Counted from the first letter of the whole stretch, positions 25,651 to 38,315 are shown. The stretch: 63,712 bases of DNA, filler included, from Octopus bimaculoides (GCF_001194135.2; 3 parts of 3 records of this genome joined end to end with filler, not necessarily neighbours in it); one strand, 5' to 3'. The notes: generated from the letters alone by a model not told the origin. Numbers and translations: made by a program.

Positions 25651-26123
25651 ATCCTTTCTACTGAAGGTACAAGGCCTGAAATATGGTGGGAGGGGGCTAG
25701 TGGATTACATTGACCCCAGTGTTGAACTGATACTTCTTTTATCGACACTAAAATGATGGAAGGTAAATTGTCCTCTATGACATTTGAATTCAGAATGTAA
25801 TGTATTCAGAAAAAAAATTGCAAGACATTTTGTCTGATGCTCTAAAAATTCTACCAGTCCCCTGCCTTAACAACAACGATAATAGTATTAATAACAAGAG
25901 CAACAATAATAATAGTTTCTAATTTAAACACAAATTTGATGAGAGGGGATTTGTAAATATCACTGCTCCCCCATCTTACATGGCTGGTACTTAGTTTATT
26001 GACACTGAAAAGATGAAAGGCAAAGTTTTCTTTAGTGAAATTTGAACCCAGAACAAAAAGAGTCACAACAAATTCTACAAAGCATTTTTTCAACACCCAC
26101 ATAATTTTGCCAGTTCACCACAT
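25651..26123 (-). mobile_element. Two tandem Nin/Deu-like SINE copies separated by (CAA/TAA)n
   Basis: Family tail CCTTTCTACT..AGG.ACAAGGCCTGAAA and core GATG(G/A)AAGG.AAA in each. Confidence 0.8.
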
Positions 26124-27059
26124 TAACAACAACGACATTTTTTTAATATTTGACTACAAGTGACTCATCAGTGCACACACACACACACAAACATGCACGC
26201 ACACACCCACACACAAACATGCACGCACACACCCCCACACACACAATGCTTTATACAAATAATTGCAAAAATATTTTAATGTGGAGGAAGAGAATCAAAA
26301 ATGTAAAAAGAACATCAATCACAACAGGTTAGGAACCACCTACAATGGATCACTGGAGCAATTATCTTCTAGATATCCAATCAAAATTAAATAAGTGGCA
26401 CTCTCATGCATACTAACTTGTACTTATATTTGATCAAATTATCATAAGGGCAGAACATCACTCTCCTTTCTCCCATTCCAATTTAAGAAACATTTGAAGA
26501 ATTTGTGGAGGGATTGATTCATAGGATAAACACTTTCAAATGTTTCAAGTATATCCCTCATATAAACTACTTTTGTCAAAGTATCTAAACAAAGAATACT
26601 GCCTGTCTCTCATTGATACAGAGTTTTGCTAGCCTGATCTGTCCTGCATCTATTTGATCTAGCCCACAGGTGAGCAATTTTTGAATACTTATCAAGTGAC
26701 TGAAGAATGGTGGTGCTCGGTATATTTCTGACAAGCCCAACTGACATCACAACTGCTAAGTTCATTATTTTGAAGAGGCAAGATTTTCCAGTATTTCTGC
26801 CAGATCAGAGATATTAAGAAGTTACCCATAGTTTTGAGTTAATAGTCTTTCACAATTACCTGATTTATTGGTCATGGTCAATGACTGGTGTTTCTCCAAG
26901 TCCATCATTAGCTTTCAATACTGTGATAGTGCCAATGCTGTACTAACTGATTTGTTCAACTGGTTGAGAATTATGAGTGTCTGAGAACATCCAGATACTA
27001 GACACCCAATTTTCATTTAAATGTAACTTAATGCTACAGCTTTGTCAATGAGGTCAACT

Positions 27060-27860
27060 GTAGGAGAGTATCATCAATTTCTTCGGATGAGACAGCATTT
27101 CAAAATGCTGCATTCTATTACAATAACACATTAAGGAATAGAGGATTCTTGGAGAAGATCCAGTACAACAAAGTTAATGCAAGCAATAATACCACATGTA
27201 GAACTAGAACTAGGAGTTCAACTCAGCATTTAATATGGCCATAAAAACTGATATAGGGAATACATTTTTAAAATTAGTCTAGTCATTTTCAACCTAGCCA
27301 TAAGTTCTACAGAATATTTAATAGGAGAACGCTAAAAATTAGCTATTCTTGTTGTAAAAACTTTGCTTCTATCATTAGCCAATACAACACTAAAATAATT
27401 ACAGATAACTTCAATGCCAATTCTAATCTGAAGAATTGTAATTTCAAAGATGAGACCTCTTGTCCATTGGAAAAAAAATGTCTGGAAAAAGGGATTGTGT
27501 ATAGGGCCAAAGTACAAATAGAAGGCTCACAAGAATATAAAACATACACAGGGGCTTCTGAAAATTCTTTCAAGACCTGATTTTATTCCCACAGAAATTC
27601 CTTTCTGTACCCTGAAAACAGGACAGCAACTAGTCTTTCAAAGCATGTCTGGGAATTGAAAGAAAATGAAACCCGTCCTTTTTATGTAACATGGAAAATC
27701 TTAGACAAAGTAACAGCTTACAGACATAGAGCTCATAAAAGACACATGAAATGCAATTTATGCCTTTCGGAAAAATTCCTCTTCTTGCTCCAGGATGAAA
27801 GTGGTTTAAATCAGAGACGCAAACTTTTAAATTCCTGCAGGCACACAACAAAAATTTAAA
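27060..27860 (+). mobile_element. Penelope-like element, 3' part (RT thumb plus GIY-YIG endonuclease)
   Basis: RRVSSISSDE..F.NAA.YYN..L, IFNRRTLKISYSC, NC..K....CPL.K.CL.K.IVY.A.V, YTG.SE..FK, TSLSKHVWELK, WKIL, CNLCLSEK, LNQR..L..SCRH. Confidence 0.9.
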
Positions 27861-28122
27861 TGTCAACTGACAAAATACCATATGGATAGTATTTTTTGAG
27901 TTTTGAATTATTTTCGACTGCTACTTTTGAATTTGTCTTGGTAATGTACGGTCATTTCGCATCGCAAAGAAAACCTCCGACTGTTTTACATATTATTTTC
28001 AAGCTTAAGCTTTGCCAAGGTATTTTTTTATCATTATTATTATTTTTATTTTTTTAAATATTTTATTTTATTTTATTGAATTTTACAAACTTATCTAATT
28101 GTTACATTAAATTTATAGATGA

Positions 28123-28420
28123 CTAGCAGAGGCACCCGGCGTTGCTCGGGAATGAAATTGTTGCTTATATACTTGAAGAAAAAAAGACAAAATATGCTGT
28201 ATAGAAATTTGAGGACATTCTGTAGATGGACTCTCAGATGAATGATGGCTGGGCGCCTCTCATGAATGGGGAAAATTGAAGATGTGCCAAAAAGCCTCAT
28301 TGGTACTTGGAAACTTTTACGAAAATTAAAATGGGGATTAAATGAAAGAAATAATTTACGTGAATATCTTCACAAGAGTAATTGAAATAAATGGCGATTG
28401 TGGAACCCCCCACGCACGCA
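28123..28420 (-). mobile_element. Helitron 3' terminus (probably non-autonomous)
   Basis: Minus strand CCCGAGCAACGCCGGG hairpin (28135-28150), 8-nt spacer, CTAG|T; rest runs into microsatellite and gap. Confidence 0.75.
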
Positions 28421-29515
28421 CGCACGCGCGCGCGCATACACACGTGTGTCTTTGTAAATATGTTTGTATACATTTATGNNNNNNNNNNNNNNNNNNNNNN
28501 NNNNNNNNNNNNNNNNNNNNNNNNNNNNNNNNNNNNNNNNNNNNNNNNNNNNNNNNNNNNNNNNNNNNNNNNNNNNNNNNNNNNNNNNNNNNNNNNNNNN
28601 NNNNNNNNNNNNNNNNNNNNNNNNNNNNNNNNNNNNNNNNNNNNNNNNNNNNNNNNNNNNNNNNNNNNNNNNNNNNNNNNNNNNNNNNNNNNNNNNNNNN
28701 NNNNNNNNNNNNNNNNNNNNNNNNNNNNNNNNNNNNNNNNNNNNNNNNNNNNNNNNNNNNNNNNNNNNNNNNNNNNNNNNNNNNNNNNNNNNNNNNNNNN
28801 NNNNNNNNNNNNNNNNNNNNNNNNNNNNNNNNNNNNNNNNNNNNNNNNNNNNNNNNNNNNNNNNNNNNNNNNNNNNNNNNNNNNNNNNNNNNNNNNNNNN
28901 NNNNNNNNNNNNNNNNNNNNNNNNNNNNNNNNNNNNNNNNNNNNNNNNNNNNNNNNNNNNNNNNNNNNNNNNNNNNNNNNNNNNNNNNNNNNNNNNNNNN
29001 NNNNNNNNNNNNNNNNNNNNNNNNNNNNNNNNNNNNNNNNNNNNNNNNNNNNNNNNNNNNNNNNNNNNNNNNNNNNNNNNNNNNNNNNNNNNNNNNNNNN
29101 NNNNNNNNNNNNNNNNNNNNNNNNNNNNNNNNNNNNNNNNNNNNNNNNNNNNNNNNNNNNNNNNNNNNNNNNNNNNNNNNNNNNNNNNNNNNNNNNNNNN
29201 NNNNNNNNNNNNNNNNNNNNNNNNNNNNNNNNNNNNNNNNNNNNNNNNNNNNNNNNNNNNNNNNNNNNNNNNNNNNNNNNNNNNNNNNNNNNNNNNNNNN
29301 NNNNNNNNNNNNNNNNNNNNNNNNNNNNNNNNNNNNNNNNNNNNNNNNNNNNNNNNNNNNNNNNNNNNNNNNNNNNNNNNNNNNNNNNNNNNNNNNNNNN
29401 NNNNNNNNTATATTGTGTGTATAAATATATATATAAATATATATGACCAAAACAAGTAAAACAATAAAAAAAATATGCCATTTTAACCCACAAGCAACAC
29501 CAGATGTCTCAGCTA

Positions 29516-29550
<35 letters not shown>

Positions 29551-29553
<3 letters not shown>

Positions 29554-30747
29554 GGGTTGGACAAAATAATGGAAACACCTTAAAATTTCAAACAAATTTA
29601 TTTTAATATGGGAGTACTGCCTTTGGCACTAATTACGGCTTGAATTCTATGAGGTATGGACTCATACAAAGTTTGAACTGTTTCCAAATGAATTTTTGTC
29701 CATTCTGCAACTAAAACACTCTCAAGTTCTTGTAGTGATGATGGTGGAGGATATTGACTCCTTACTTGTTATTCTAAAATGCACCATAAATGTTCAATAA
29801 TATTGAGATCGGGCGGGGACTATGGTGGCCAGATAAGATGTTTAACTTCACTAGAATGTTCCTCATGCCATTCAGCTTTAGCTGTGTGAATTGGTGCATT
29901 ATCATCCTGAAAGATTGTTTCAATCCAGAAACAGTTCCGCAAACATAGGATGAATTTGATCATATAAAATACTTAAATAGTCTTGACTATTAATTGTGCC
30001 ATGAAGGGGAACCGTTGTGCCAGCAGATTTCCAAGAGATAGCCCCCTCCCCCAGATCATCACAGAAGGCAGCTGGAAGAAGGGAGTCTGGGTCAAATGCT
30101 TCTTTTGGCTGTCTCCACATGTATACACAGACAGTGGTGACTTGTCCAAAAAAATAACATTCATCCACTGCTCTAGGGACCAATTCTGTAGGTTTTTACT
30201 ATACTCTAAATGCTTTGCAACGTTTGTTTTTGAAAGTAGTGGTTTTCTGATTGCATCCCGCCTGTGAAATCTGGCTTTGTGCAGCTCTTGGCGAACAGTT
30301 TTTGTGGAAACTGTGTTCTCGAGGTGGTCATTAAGCTTTGCAGTAATTTTGGGAGCTATTTCACGTAAGAGTCCGACGGTCCCTATCTGAAAGTTTTGGC
30401 TTTCTTCTGGAGTTTTGTTTCGACAAGGAGGTTTTTCCCCTCTTTCTCAAATGCTGTCATTAATTTTGAGACAGTCCTTATTGATACCCCAAACATTTCA
30501 GCTGTTTTCACTATGCTAGCACCTGCCATACAAGCACCAACAATTTGACCTCTTTGAAAGTCTGATAGATCTGTCATTTTAATGAATTTTAATGACCTCT
30601 TTCTGAGATATCTGAAAAGAAACAGCAATTTTAGCAAAACATGTTAAGCAACACTAATAATAAATAAAAAATATAAACGAACTTTTAACAGTTTTATAGA
30701 GATTTCAAAATTATGATGCTAGGTGTTTCCATTAATTTGTCCAACCC

Positions 30748-30750
<3 letters not shown>
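29551..30750 (-). mobile_element. Tc1-family (DD34E) transposon, full length 1200 bp, inactivated
   Basis: 30-bp TIRs CAGGGGTTGGACAAA(A/T)TAATGGAAACACCT (1 mismatch), TA on both flanks; MTDLSDFQRGQIVGA, FQDDNAPIHT, SP.DLNIIEHLW; frameshifts and stops. Confidence 0.97.
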
Positions 30751-30783
<33 letters not shown>

Positions 30784-31676
30784 NNNNNNNNNNNNNNNNN
30801 NNNNNNNNNNNNNNNNNNNNNNNNNNNNNNNNNNNNNNNNNNNNNNNNNNNNNNNNNNNNNNNNNNNNNNNNNNNNNNNNNNNNNNNNNNNNNNNNNNNN
30901 NNNNNNNNNNNNNNNNNNNNNNNNNNNNNNNNNNNNNNNNNNNNNNNNNNNNNNNNNNNNNNNNNNNNNNNNNNNNNNNNNNNNNNNNNNNNNNNNNNNN
31001 NNNNNNNNNNNNNNNNNNNNNNNNNNNNNNNNNNNNTATATATATATATATACACATATATACATATACATATACATATATATATTGTATATATATATTT
31101 CTTGTGACCCACTGAAACCTGTTGACAACATCCATATCTATCTAGCTATGTATGTCTGTATGTATGTACGTACATATATGTGTATATACACTCCTCAGCT
31201 TACAGGCACCAGCTTAGAGCAGACTCACTCCCTTTGATCATCCTCACGATATTCACCTACCTTAAAAGTACCAAAAAGGAAAAAGGAAAACGGCAAGGGT
31301 AATAAAGTCGATGATTTGAATAGCATGACTACAATAAGCTTTAGAAAAAAGAGACTTGTGAAGTGAGGAGGTAGGTGCTGGAGTGAGGCTATCAAAAATA
31401 GCAGGGAAACATGCAGCATGGGAGGGGTGAGCACTTAGTTAGTGTTAGGTTAGAGTATTGAGTTACATTCTCCTTGGTTGTTTTTAAATTTGTTTAAAAA
31501 GGAATTTCAGGCTGTGATGGTGCCATAGAGCCAACTGAGCATCAAATTAATATTTCAGTGCTATCTTTCTCATTCAAGCATGCATAGATCTTAATAGTCA
31601 TTAGATGTCAGTTCTAGTGAGACCATGAAAAGAATTTTGAGGCAATCAGACCAGTTGCTAACAATAATAATAATAA

Positions 31677-31873
31677 TTCTTTCTACTGTGGGCACAAGAC
31701 CTGATGGTCTAGTTGATTATATCATCCCCAGTGCATAACTGGTACTTATTTCATAGACCTTGAAAGGATGAAAGGCAAAATCGACCTCGGCAGCATTTAA
31801 ACTCAGAACCTAAAGACAAAATGCTGCAAAGCATTTTTCCCAGCATGCTAATGATTCTGCCAGCTCGTCACCA
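31677..31873 (-). mobile_element. Nin/Deu-like SINE
   Basis: Family head, core and tail; (AAT)n on both sides. Confidence 0.85.
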
Positions 31874-31893
31874 ATAATAATAATAATAATATT

Positions 31894-32445
31894 ATGCCCT
31901 GATGCAGTACCAGACACTGCTCTCATGGCTTCTGATCTTAACTGATTAAAAGTGTGACCATATACATGTTTTGTTTTGGTATAAAAAGATGGGCTATAGC
32001 AAATATTCTGCAAAATACCACAGAGTTGCTTGCCAGTTGCTTGACCTTAACCAGTTTGTCATGTCCCTTAGTAGCTGACAATATGTGCATTTCTGATCAT
32101 GAGCAGAAGTATTGGGGAGTATCATAGTCATGTGTTGAGAGAAATTCTTTGGGGTTTGGCTAATTCACTTCTGGAAACATGGGTGTTTCATTCATCCTTA
32201 AACAACCCTTATTCAGGGACCTTTGAGCGGGATGGGCTACTCAACCTGGAGAAAATTTTAACTGGGACCTCACTTGCAATGTCATGTGCTATTTATCTTG
32301 ATATAAGGTCACCATGTCACGTACATATGGTTGTGATGCATGTGCCTGGTGTACCCTCATCAAGCAGATAGTCAATATGAGTATACTGGGCTTTGTATAT
32401 TTGTACCCCAGTGTCACTTTGATGGCATGCATTGCTCCCTCACTT
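31894..32445 (+). mobile_element. ~550-bp non-coding retroelement remnant flanked by (AAT)n
   Basis: Complex sequence with sharp junctions to (AAT)n at both ends; no recognisable ORF; possibly a LINE 3' UTR. Confidence 0.55.
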
Positions 32446-32462
32446 AGTAATAGTAATAATAA

Positions 32463-32670
32463 TCATTCTTTTTACTAAAAGCAGAAGGCCTGAAATTTTG
32501 GAGGAGTGGGACTAGTTGATTTTATCAACCCTAGTGCTCAACTGATATTTATTTTATTGACCCTGAAAATGATGAAAGGTATAGTTAATCTCAGCAGAAT
32601 TTGAATCCAGAACATAGACAAAATGCCTCAAAGCATTTTGTCCAGTGTGCTAAGGATTCTGCTAGCTCAC
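32463..32670 (-). mobile_element. Nin/Deu-like SINE
   Basis: Family motifs, CpG-eroded. Confidence 0.85.
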
Positions 32671-32746
<76 letters not shown>

Positions 32747-32802
32747 GCACAGAGCTGCGCTCGGTAGTGAAGTGAAAGCACGTTATAAAAATAAAACTAC
32801 TG
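32747..32802 (+). mobile_element. 56-bp insert in (AAT)n, probable extreme 5'-truncated LINE tail
   Basis: GCACAGAGCTGCGCTCGGTAGTGAAGTGAAAGCACGTTATAAAAATAAAACTACTG between two pure (AAT)n tracts. Confidence 0.5.
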
Positions 32803-32821
32803 AATAATAATAATAATAATA

Positions 32822-33063
<242 letters not shown>

Positions 33064-33131
33064 AAGAAGAATGAAAGTACCAAATGTTGAATAATGATAA
33101 TAATAGTAATAATAGGGATAATAATAATAAT

Positions 33132-33347
33132 GACTTCAAATTTTGCACAAGACCAGGAATTTCAGAGGAGAGGGTAAGTTGATTACATTGACTTCAGTGC
33201 TTAACTGGAACTTATTTTATCAACATCCAAAAGGATGAAAAGTAAAGTCAACCTCAATGGAATTTGAACTCAGAACATAAAGACAAACAAAATGTCGCTA
33301 AGCAATTTTCTGGTGTGCTATCAATTCTGCAAGCTTGCTGTCTTACT
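33132..33347 (-). mobile_element. Nin/Deu-like SINE
   Basis: Family motifs, CpG-eroded. Confidence 0.85.
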
Positions 33348-33408
33348 GGTAATAACAATGATAATGATGATGATGATAATAATAATAATAATCATAATAA
33401 TAGTAACA

Positions 33409-33455
<47 letters not shown>

Positions 33456-33707
33456 CTGACATAGAAAGGCTATATATACAATGCACGGAAGGTGGCAGGG
33501 GTCTTATACAGCTAGAAAACTATTATAAAATAACCACTATAGGACTGCAAAAATACCTACTCCAGAAGCAAGGGAAACTAATACAAATAGCCACAAAACA
33601 CGAGCAAAACAAAAAACCGTTTTCAGTATTTAAGGAAGCTGACAAATACAAACAAGAAATCAATCTACCTAACAAATACGAAGAAGAAACAACAAAAGCT
33701 ATAAAAC
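33456..33707 (+). mobile_element. R4/Dong-type LINE, 5'-truncated, apparently young; continues into N gap
   Basis: Stop-free frame from 33455: SDIERLYIQCTEGGRGLIQLENYYKITTIGLQKYL...; starts directly after (AAT)n, and (AAT)n resumes at 34691. Confidence 0.88.
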
Positions 33708-34744
33708 NNNNNNNNNNNNNNNNNNNNNNNNNNNNNNNNNNNNNNNNNNNNNNNNNNNNNNNNNNNNNNNNNNNNNNNNNNNNNNNNNNNNNNNNNNNNN
33801 NNNNNNNNNNNNNNNNNNNNNNNNNNNNNNNNNNNNNNNNNNNNNNNNNNNNNNNNNNNNNNNNNNNNNNNNNNNNNNNNNNNNNNNNNNNNNNNNNNNN
33901 NNNNNNNNNNNNNNNNNNNNNNNNNNNNNNNNNNNNNNNNNNNNNNNNNNNNNNNNNNNNNNNNNNNNNNNNNNNNNNNNNNNNNNNNNNNNNNNNNNNN
34001 NNNNNNNNNNNNNNNNNNNNNNNNNNNNNNNNNNNNNNNNNNNNNNNNNNNNNNNNNNNNNNNNNNNNNNNNNNNNNNNNNNNNNNNNNNNNNNNNNNNN
34101 NNNNNNNNNNNNNNNNNNNNNNNNNNNNNNNNNNNNNNNNNNNNNNNNNNNNNNNNNNNNNNNNNNNNNNNNNNNNNNNNNNNNNNNNNNNNNNNNNNNN
34201 NNNNNNNNNNNNNNNNNNNNNNNNNNNNNNNNNNNNNNNNNNNNNNNNNNNNNNNNNNNNNNNNNNNNNNNNNNNNNNNNNNNNNNNNNNNNNNNNNNNN
34301 NNNNNNNNNNNNNNNNNNNNNNNNNNNNNNNNNNNNNNNNNNNNNNNNNNNNNNNNNNNNNNNNNNNNNNNNNNNNNNNNNNNNNNNNNNNNNNNNNNNN
34401 NNNNNNNNNNNNNNNNNNNNNNNNNNNNNNNNNNNNNNNNNNNNNNNNNNNNNNNNNNNNNNNNNNNNNNNNNNNNNNNNNNNNNNNNNNNNNNNNNNNN
34501 NNNNNNNNNNNNNNNNNNNNNNNNNNNNNNNNNNNNNNNNNNNNNNNNNNNNNNNNNNNNNNNNNNNNNNNNNNNNNNNNNNNNNNNNNNNNNNNNNNNN
34601 NNNNNNNNNNNNNNNNNNNNNNNNNNNNNNNNNNNNNNNNNNNNNNNNNNNNNNNNNNNNNNNNNNNNNNNNNNNNNNNNNNNNNNNNNNAATAATAATA
34701 ATAATAGTAATAATAATAATAATAATAGCAATAACAACAACTGC

Positions 34745-34790
<46 letters not shown>

Positions 34791-34792
<2 letters not shown>

Positions 34793-35262
34793 CCTTTCTA
34801 CTATAGGCAGAAGGCCTGAAATTTTTTGGGGAGGGAACTAATCAATTTCATCAACCTTAGTGTTTCTCTGGGACTTAATCTATTGACACCCAAAAGGATG
34901 AAAGGCACAGTCGACCTTGGTGGAATTTGAACTCAAAACATAGCACCAGATGAAATGCGACTAAGCATTTCACCCAGCATGCTAACGGTTCTGCCTGTTT
35001 GTCACCTTACTAGAAGTAACAACAACAACAATAACAATAATAATCCTTTCTACTGTAGGCACAAGATCTGAAATTTGGTGGGGGTAAGGAATCGAGTCGA
35101 TTGCATCTACCCCAGTGCATAACTGGTACTTATTTACTCGACCCCGAAAGGATGAAAGGCAAAAGCAACCTCAGTGGAATTTGAACTCAGAACGTAGTGA
35201 CAGATGAAATATTGCTAAGCATTTCCACTGGCGTGCCAACAATTCTGCCAGCTCGCTGCCTT
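34791..35262 (-). mobile_element. Two tandem Nin/Deu-like SINE copies joined by (CAA/TAA)n
   Basis: Family motifs in both; the second keeps more CpGs. Confidence 0.85.
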
Positions 35263-35574
35263 ACTAGTAGTAACAACAACAACAACAACAATAATAATAA
35301 TAATAATAATAATTGTATTGATATTCAGCATTCTATGCTAGCATTTTTAGATATAAAACAAATAAATGAATTCAATATTCAGAAATAAGTCAATTAATCA
35401 GTTGAACAATTGATCAATTAATTAGTAAATAATCAATCCATTAATTAAAATCTTATATCAGAAAGGGTGTAAGATTCTTAGAGTGATTATCATAAATTTT
35501 CTAATGTAGATGGTATTTATCATATTTTGAGGTTCAATGTATAATAATAATAAGAAGAATACAAGAAAACAGTA

Positions 35575-35900
35575 CAAGACATAGTATGACAATGTTGCTT
35601 GAGTTGTACATTGGTTTTTTTATGTGGGAAATACAACTTGGAACAAGCTGACAAGTTGTATGAACACTGGCCACCCACTGTAATGGAAGATGAGATGGTG
35701 AAATTGCTATGGGATTTCAATGTGCAATGTGATTGAGGCAAGAAAACCCAATTTGATCCTGATTGAGACAAGAAGACCTAATTTGATCCTGATTAAGAAA
35801 GAAGAAAGACATTGCTGGATTATTGACATCACTATCCCAGGAGATATCTGTGTGGTAGAGAAGAGATGGACAAAGTGGATAGGTACCAAGACTTGTCTTT
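35575..35900 (+). mobile_element. R4/Dong-type LINE internal fragment (RLE domain)
   Basis: YDNVA.VVHW, LYEH.P, KLLWDFNVQ, VIEARKPNLILI, CWIIDITIPGD, KVDRYQDL. Confidence 0.85.
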
Positions 35901-37100
35901 TTTTGACACCAGACTGGAGTCATAAAGTGAAATATCTGATTGCATCTCAACCAGAATATATCTTTCATTATTCATAATTGGTCCTGATGAGAAGAAAACC
36001 CAGTGTAAATGGACAAGATTTAATACTGCAAAATTCCCTGTTATTTCCTCATAAACAACACATGTGGCTCCCTAAATCAAATGGTCCTATGGTTTTGTTG
36101 ATACAAAATTGTATTATAATACTCAGTCCTTTTAAAGGTAGCTTACTATTTTAAATTTTAAACATCATTCATAACTTCTTGATCAATATTTCAATGAAAG
36201 CCAACCTATAGAAATTTCTACAGAAGCGTAAAATATTATAGTAGCTTCCTGGATGAGGAGAATAAAATAAGTTGATAAACCTTTGTGGATATTGAAATCT
36301 AAATTAATATAACCTCCAAGGAAATTTCTCAATTTGTTTCTGCTTTTAACTCTTGAACAGCTATAATTGTACTCTAATCTCTTAAAAACATTGCTCCAGA
36401 TGCATTTATACAGAACCTATCATATATATTTATAAAGAACCTAGTAAATATATTTATATGGAACCTATCAAATTTATTGATATAGAACCTATCAGACATT
36501 TAGAACTACTTTCTTCGTCCCAATAGTGAGCTCCAAAGAAAAACAGTAATTCGTGTCTAACATCACTGTGACTGCAGTAATTACTGGAAGTATGTCAAGT
36601 CAAATATCAGATTGCCTTTAATGACTCCAAATGAGATTTAGCATGGTGACTTTCTCATAACAGGTAAGCTGTACTCCTTGAGAGCAGTTCATACAAAATT
36701 CTATCTGTGGGAGCCAGGTGAGGCTATGATTTATTAAAGACGAGGTTAGAGACTGATGTTTCTGGACATGACCATAATAGATGGTGGCTGGTAACCTCAA
36801 GTGTTACTTCAGGTGCATGCATCCAAGTCATAACATTTACATACTAACAATTTGTCAAAGTTAGAGAAATTTTAATTGGGTTAATTATTGGCTAATGAAG
36901 TTGTAACTTTAAAAAAAAATGGCAATCATTCAGAGCTTCATTCAAAACTAGTTTTTACAAATTTAGTCTTAAATGAAGATTTATCAATTGAAGGATTATA
37001 TTACACAAAAATAAGTATAAACCTGAATCTTAACATCAAATGTCTTTCATAAGTTGAAATGGTAAGAATAACTTAATGCATTGAACTCTGTTGATATGTA

Positions 37101-37618
37101 TCTATACTATAAAAGGCAAATTTTCTCTGTGTGTGTGTATGTTTAAAATTAATACATTTACACAATTCAAAATTTCTTCGATTAAACAATCGCAATTAAT
37201 ATTCTAAATACAATAAGTTAGGTCACTGCGTCATTTTTTCACTCCAAAAATTTCCTAATAATGAATAAAATCCGTAAAATTTCCTCTTTCTAATACAAAT
37301 CCTTTCAACTCCTACTTTCGCTTATGAAGCTTTACGGAAAATCCAACAACAAATACAAAAAGAAAGGAAGGAGAAAAAGAAAACTATCAAAACTGAAACA
37401 ATCACATTTCGATGCTGTGATGACAGATACTAAAACTACATACAGAATTACTTTGCCCCTCTAAAATTAACTATTTCTATTCCTCTTACACATCGTTTCA
37501 ATTGCTACTTTCTCTTATGAACGTTTACCAACGATCCAAGAAAAAAGACAAAGAAACGAAGGGGAATGAGAGTCAAACAAACAGACACACTGCCAATCAT
37601 ACGTAAATACACACAAAT
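37101..37618 (+). mobile_element. Probable Helitron 5' end (non-autonomous)
   Basis: A|TCTATACTATAAAAGG start typical of Helitron 5' termini, short (TG)n, internal ~70-bp duplication; truncated by join marker. Confidence 0.55.
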
Positions 37619-37718
37619 NNNNNNNNNNNNNNNNNNNNNNNNNNNNNNNNNNNNNNNNNNNNTTAATTAATTAANNNNNNNNNNNNNNNNNNNNNNNNNN
37701 NNNNNNNNNNNNNNNNNN
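37619..37718. other. Artificial scaffold-join marker (44 N + TTAATTAATTAA + 44 N)
   Basis: Same structure as 12593-12692. Confidence 0.95.
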
Positions 37719-38261
37719 TTATGAATATATTTTACTACCTATTTCGAACACTTTTACGTAAACTGTTTAAACAAAAAGCCCCTCTCAACATTTTCTTATC
37801 ATTGTCAAAGATTCTATTTCTTAGCATTTCCTTATCATTATCAAAGACTGTATAACTGTATCTTAATACAATTATGATAACCATTTTCTAACCATTTTCT
37901 AACACAACAAAGCTTATAGAAATCTTTACATTTTTTACATTTGATAATCTTTTTTTTAAGAAAGTGAAACAGGTCAAGTCAATAAACATCTTTATTGAAA
38001 TAACACTGTGTATAAACTCTGTATTTGGAATAACCAATTTCAAAGACTGTTGGACTTTACTCATAGGGTATCGGAATCTTAATAATGGATTTACAAAGCC
38101 AAACGACCAATCTTAAAACAATTGGATCTTATTTACAAGGTATTGGAATCTTATATGTATACCATTCTGCCTAAACAATGCATTTACAAATACAATATCC
38201 CTACATTCACTCTCTATTTCCTATCTTAACTAAACTAACTATTGCTTAATCATCCACGCAC

Positions 38262-38315
38262 ACCGTCTCCGATGAAGGGATGTAATAAATATCCTGGAAA
38301 CAGCTGTAAAACATT
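38262..38315 (+). ncRNA. Degenerate minimal type-I hammerhead ribozyme motif
   Basis: CCGATGA (38269)-A-GGGAT/ATCCT stem-GAAAC-AGCT-GTA; ACAGCTGT is palindromic; U4 replaced by C and stem I eroded. Confidence 0.5.

Noticed and set aside
24600-25868. R4/Dong as the proven partner LINE of the adjacent SINE
   Set aside because: No 3'-tail homology visible, and repeat polarity is opposite ((TAA)n on the LINE strand, (TTA)n on the SINE strand)
22520-26920. Additional minus-strand exon candidates (RQILEGLI ~22570, KYKIQLFT ~24330-24350, MMDLEKHQ ~26860-26910)
   Set aside because: Splice phases cannot be chained consistently with 16172-16209; such sites are common by chance in AT-rich DNA
36404-36510. 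~24-bp minisatellite (AGAACCTA core)
   Set aside because: Short, degenerate AT-rich tandem with no further structure
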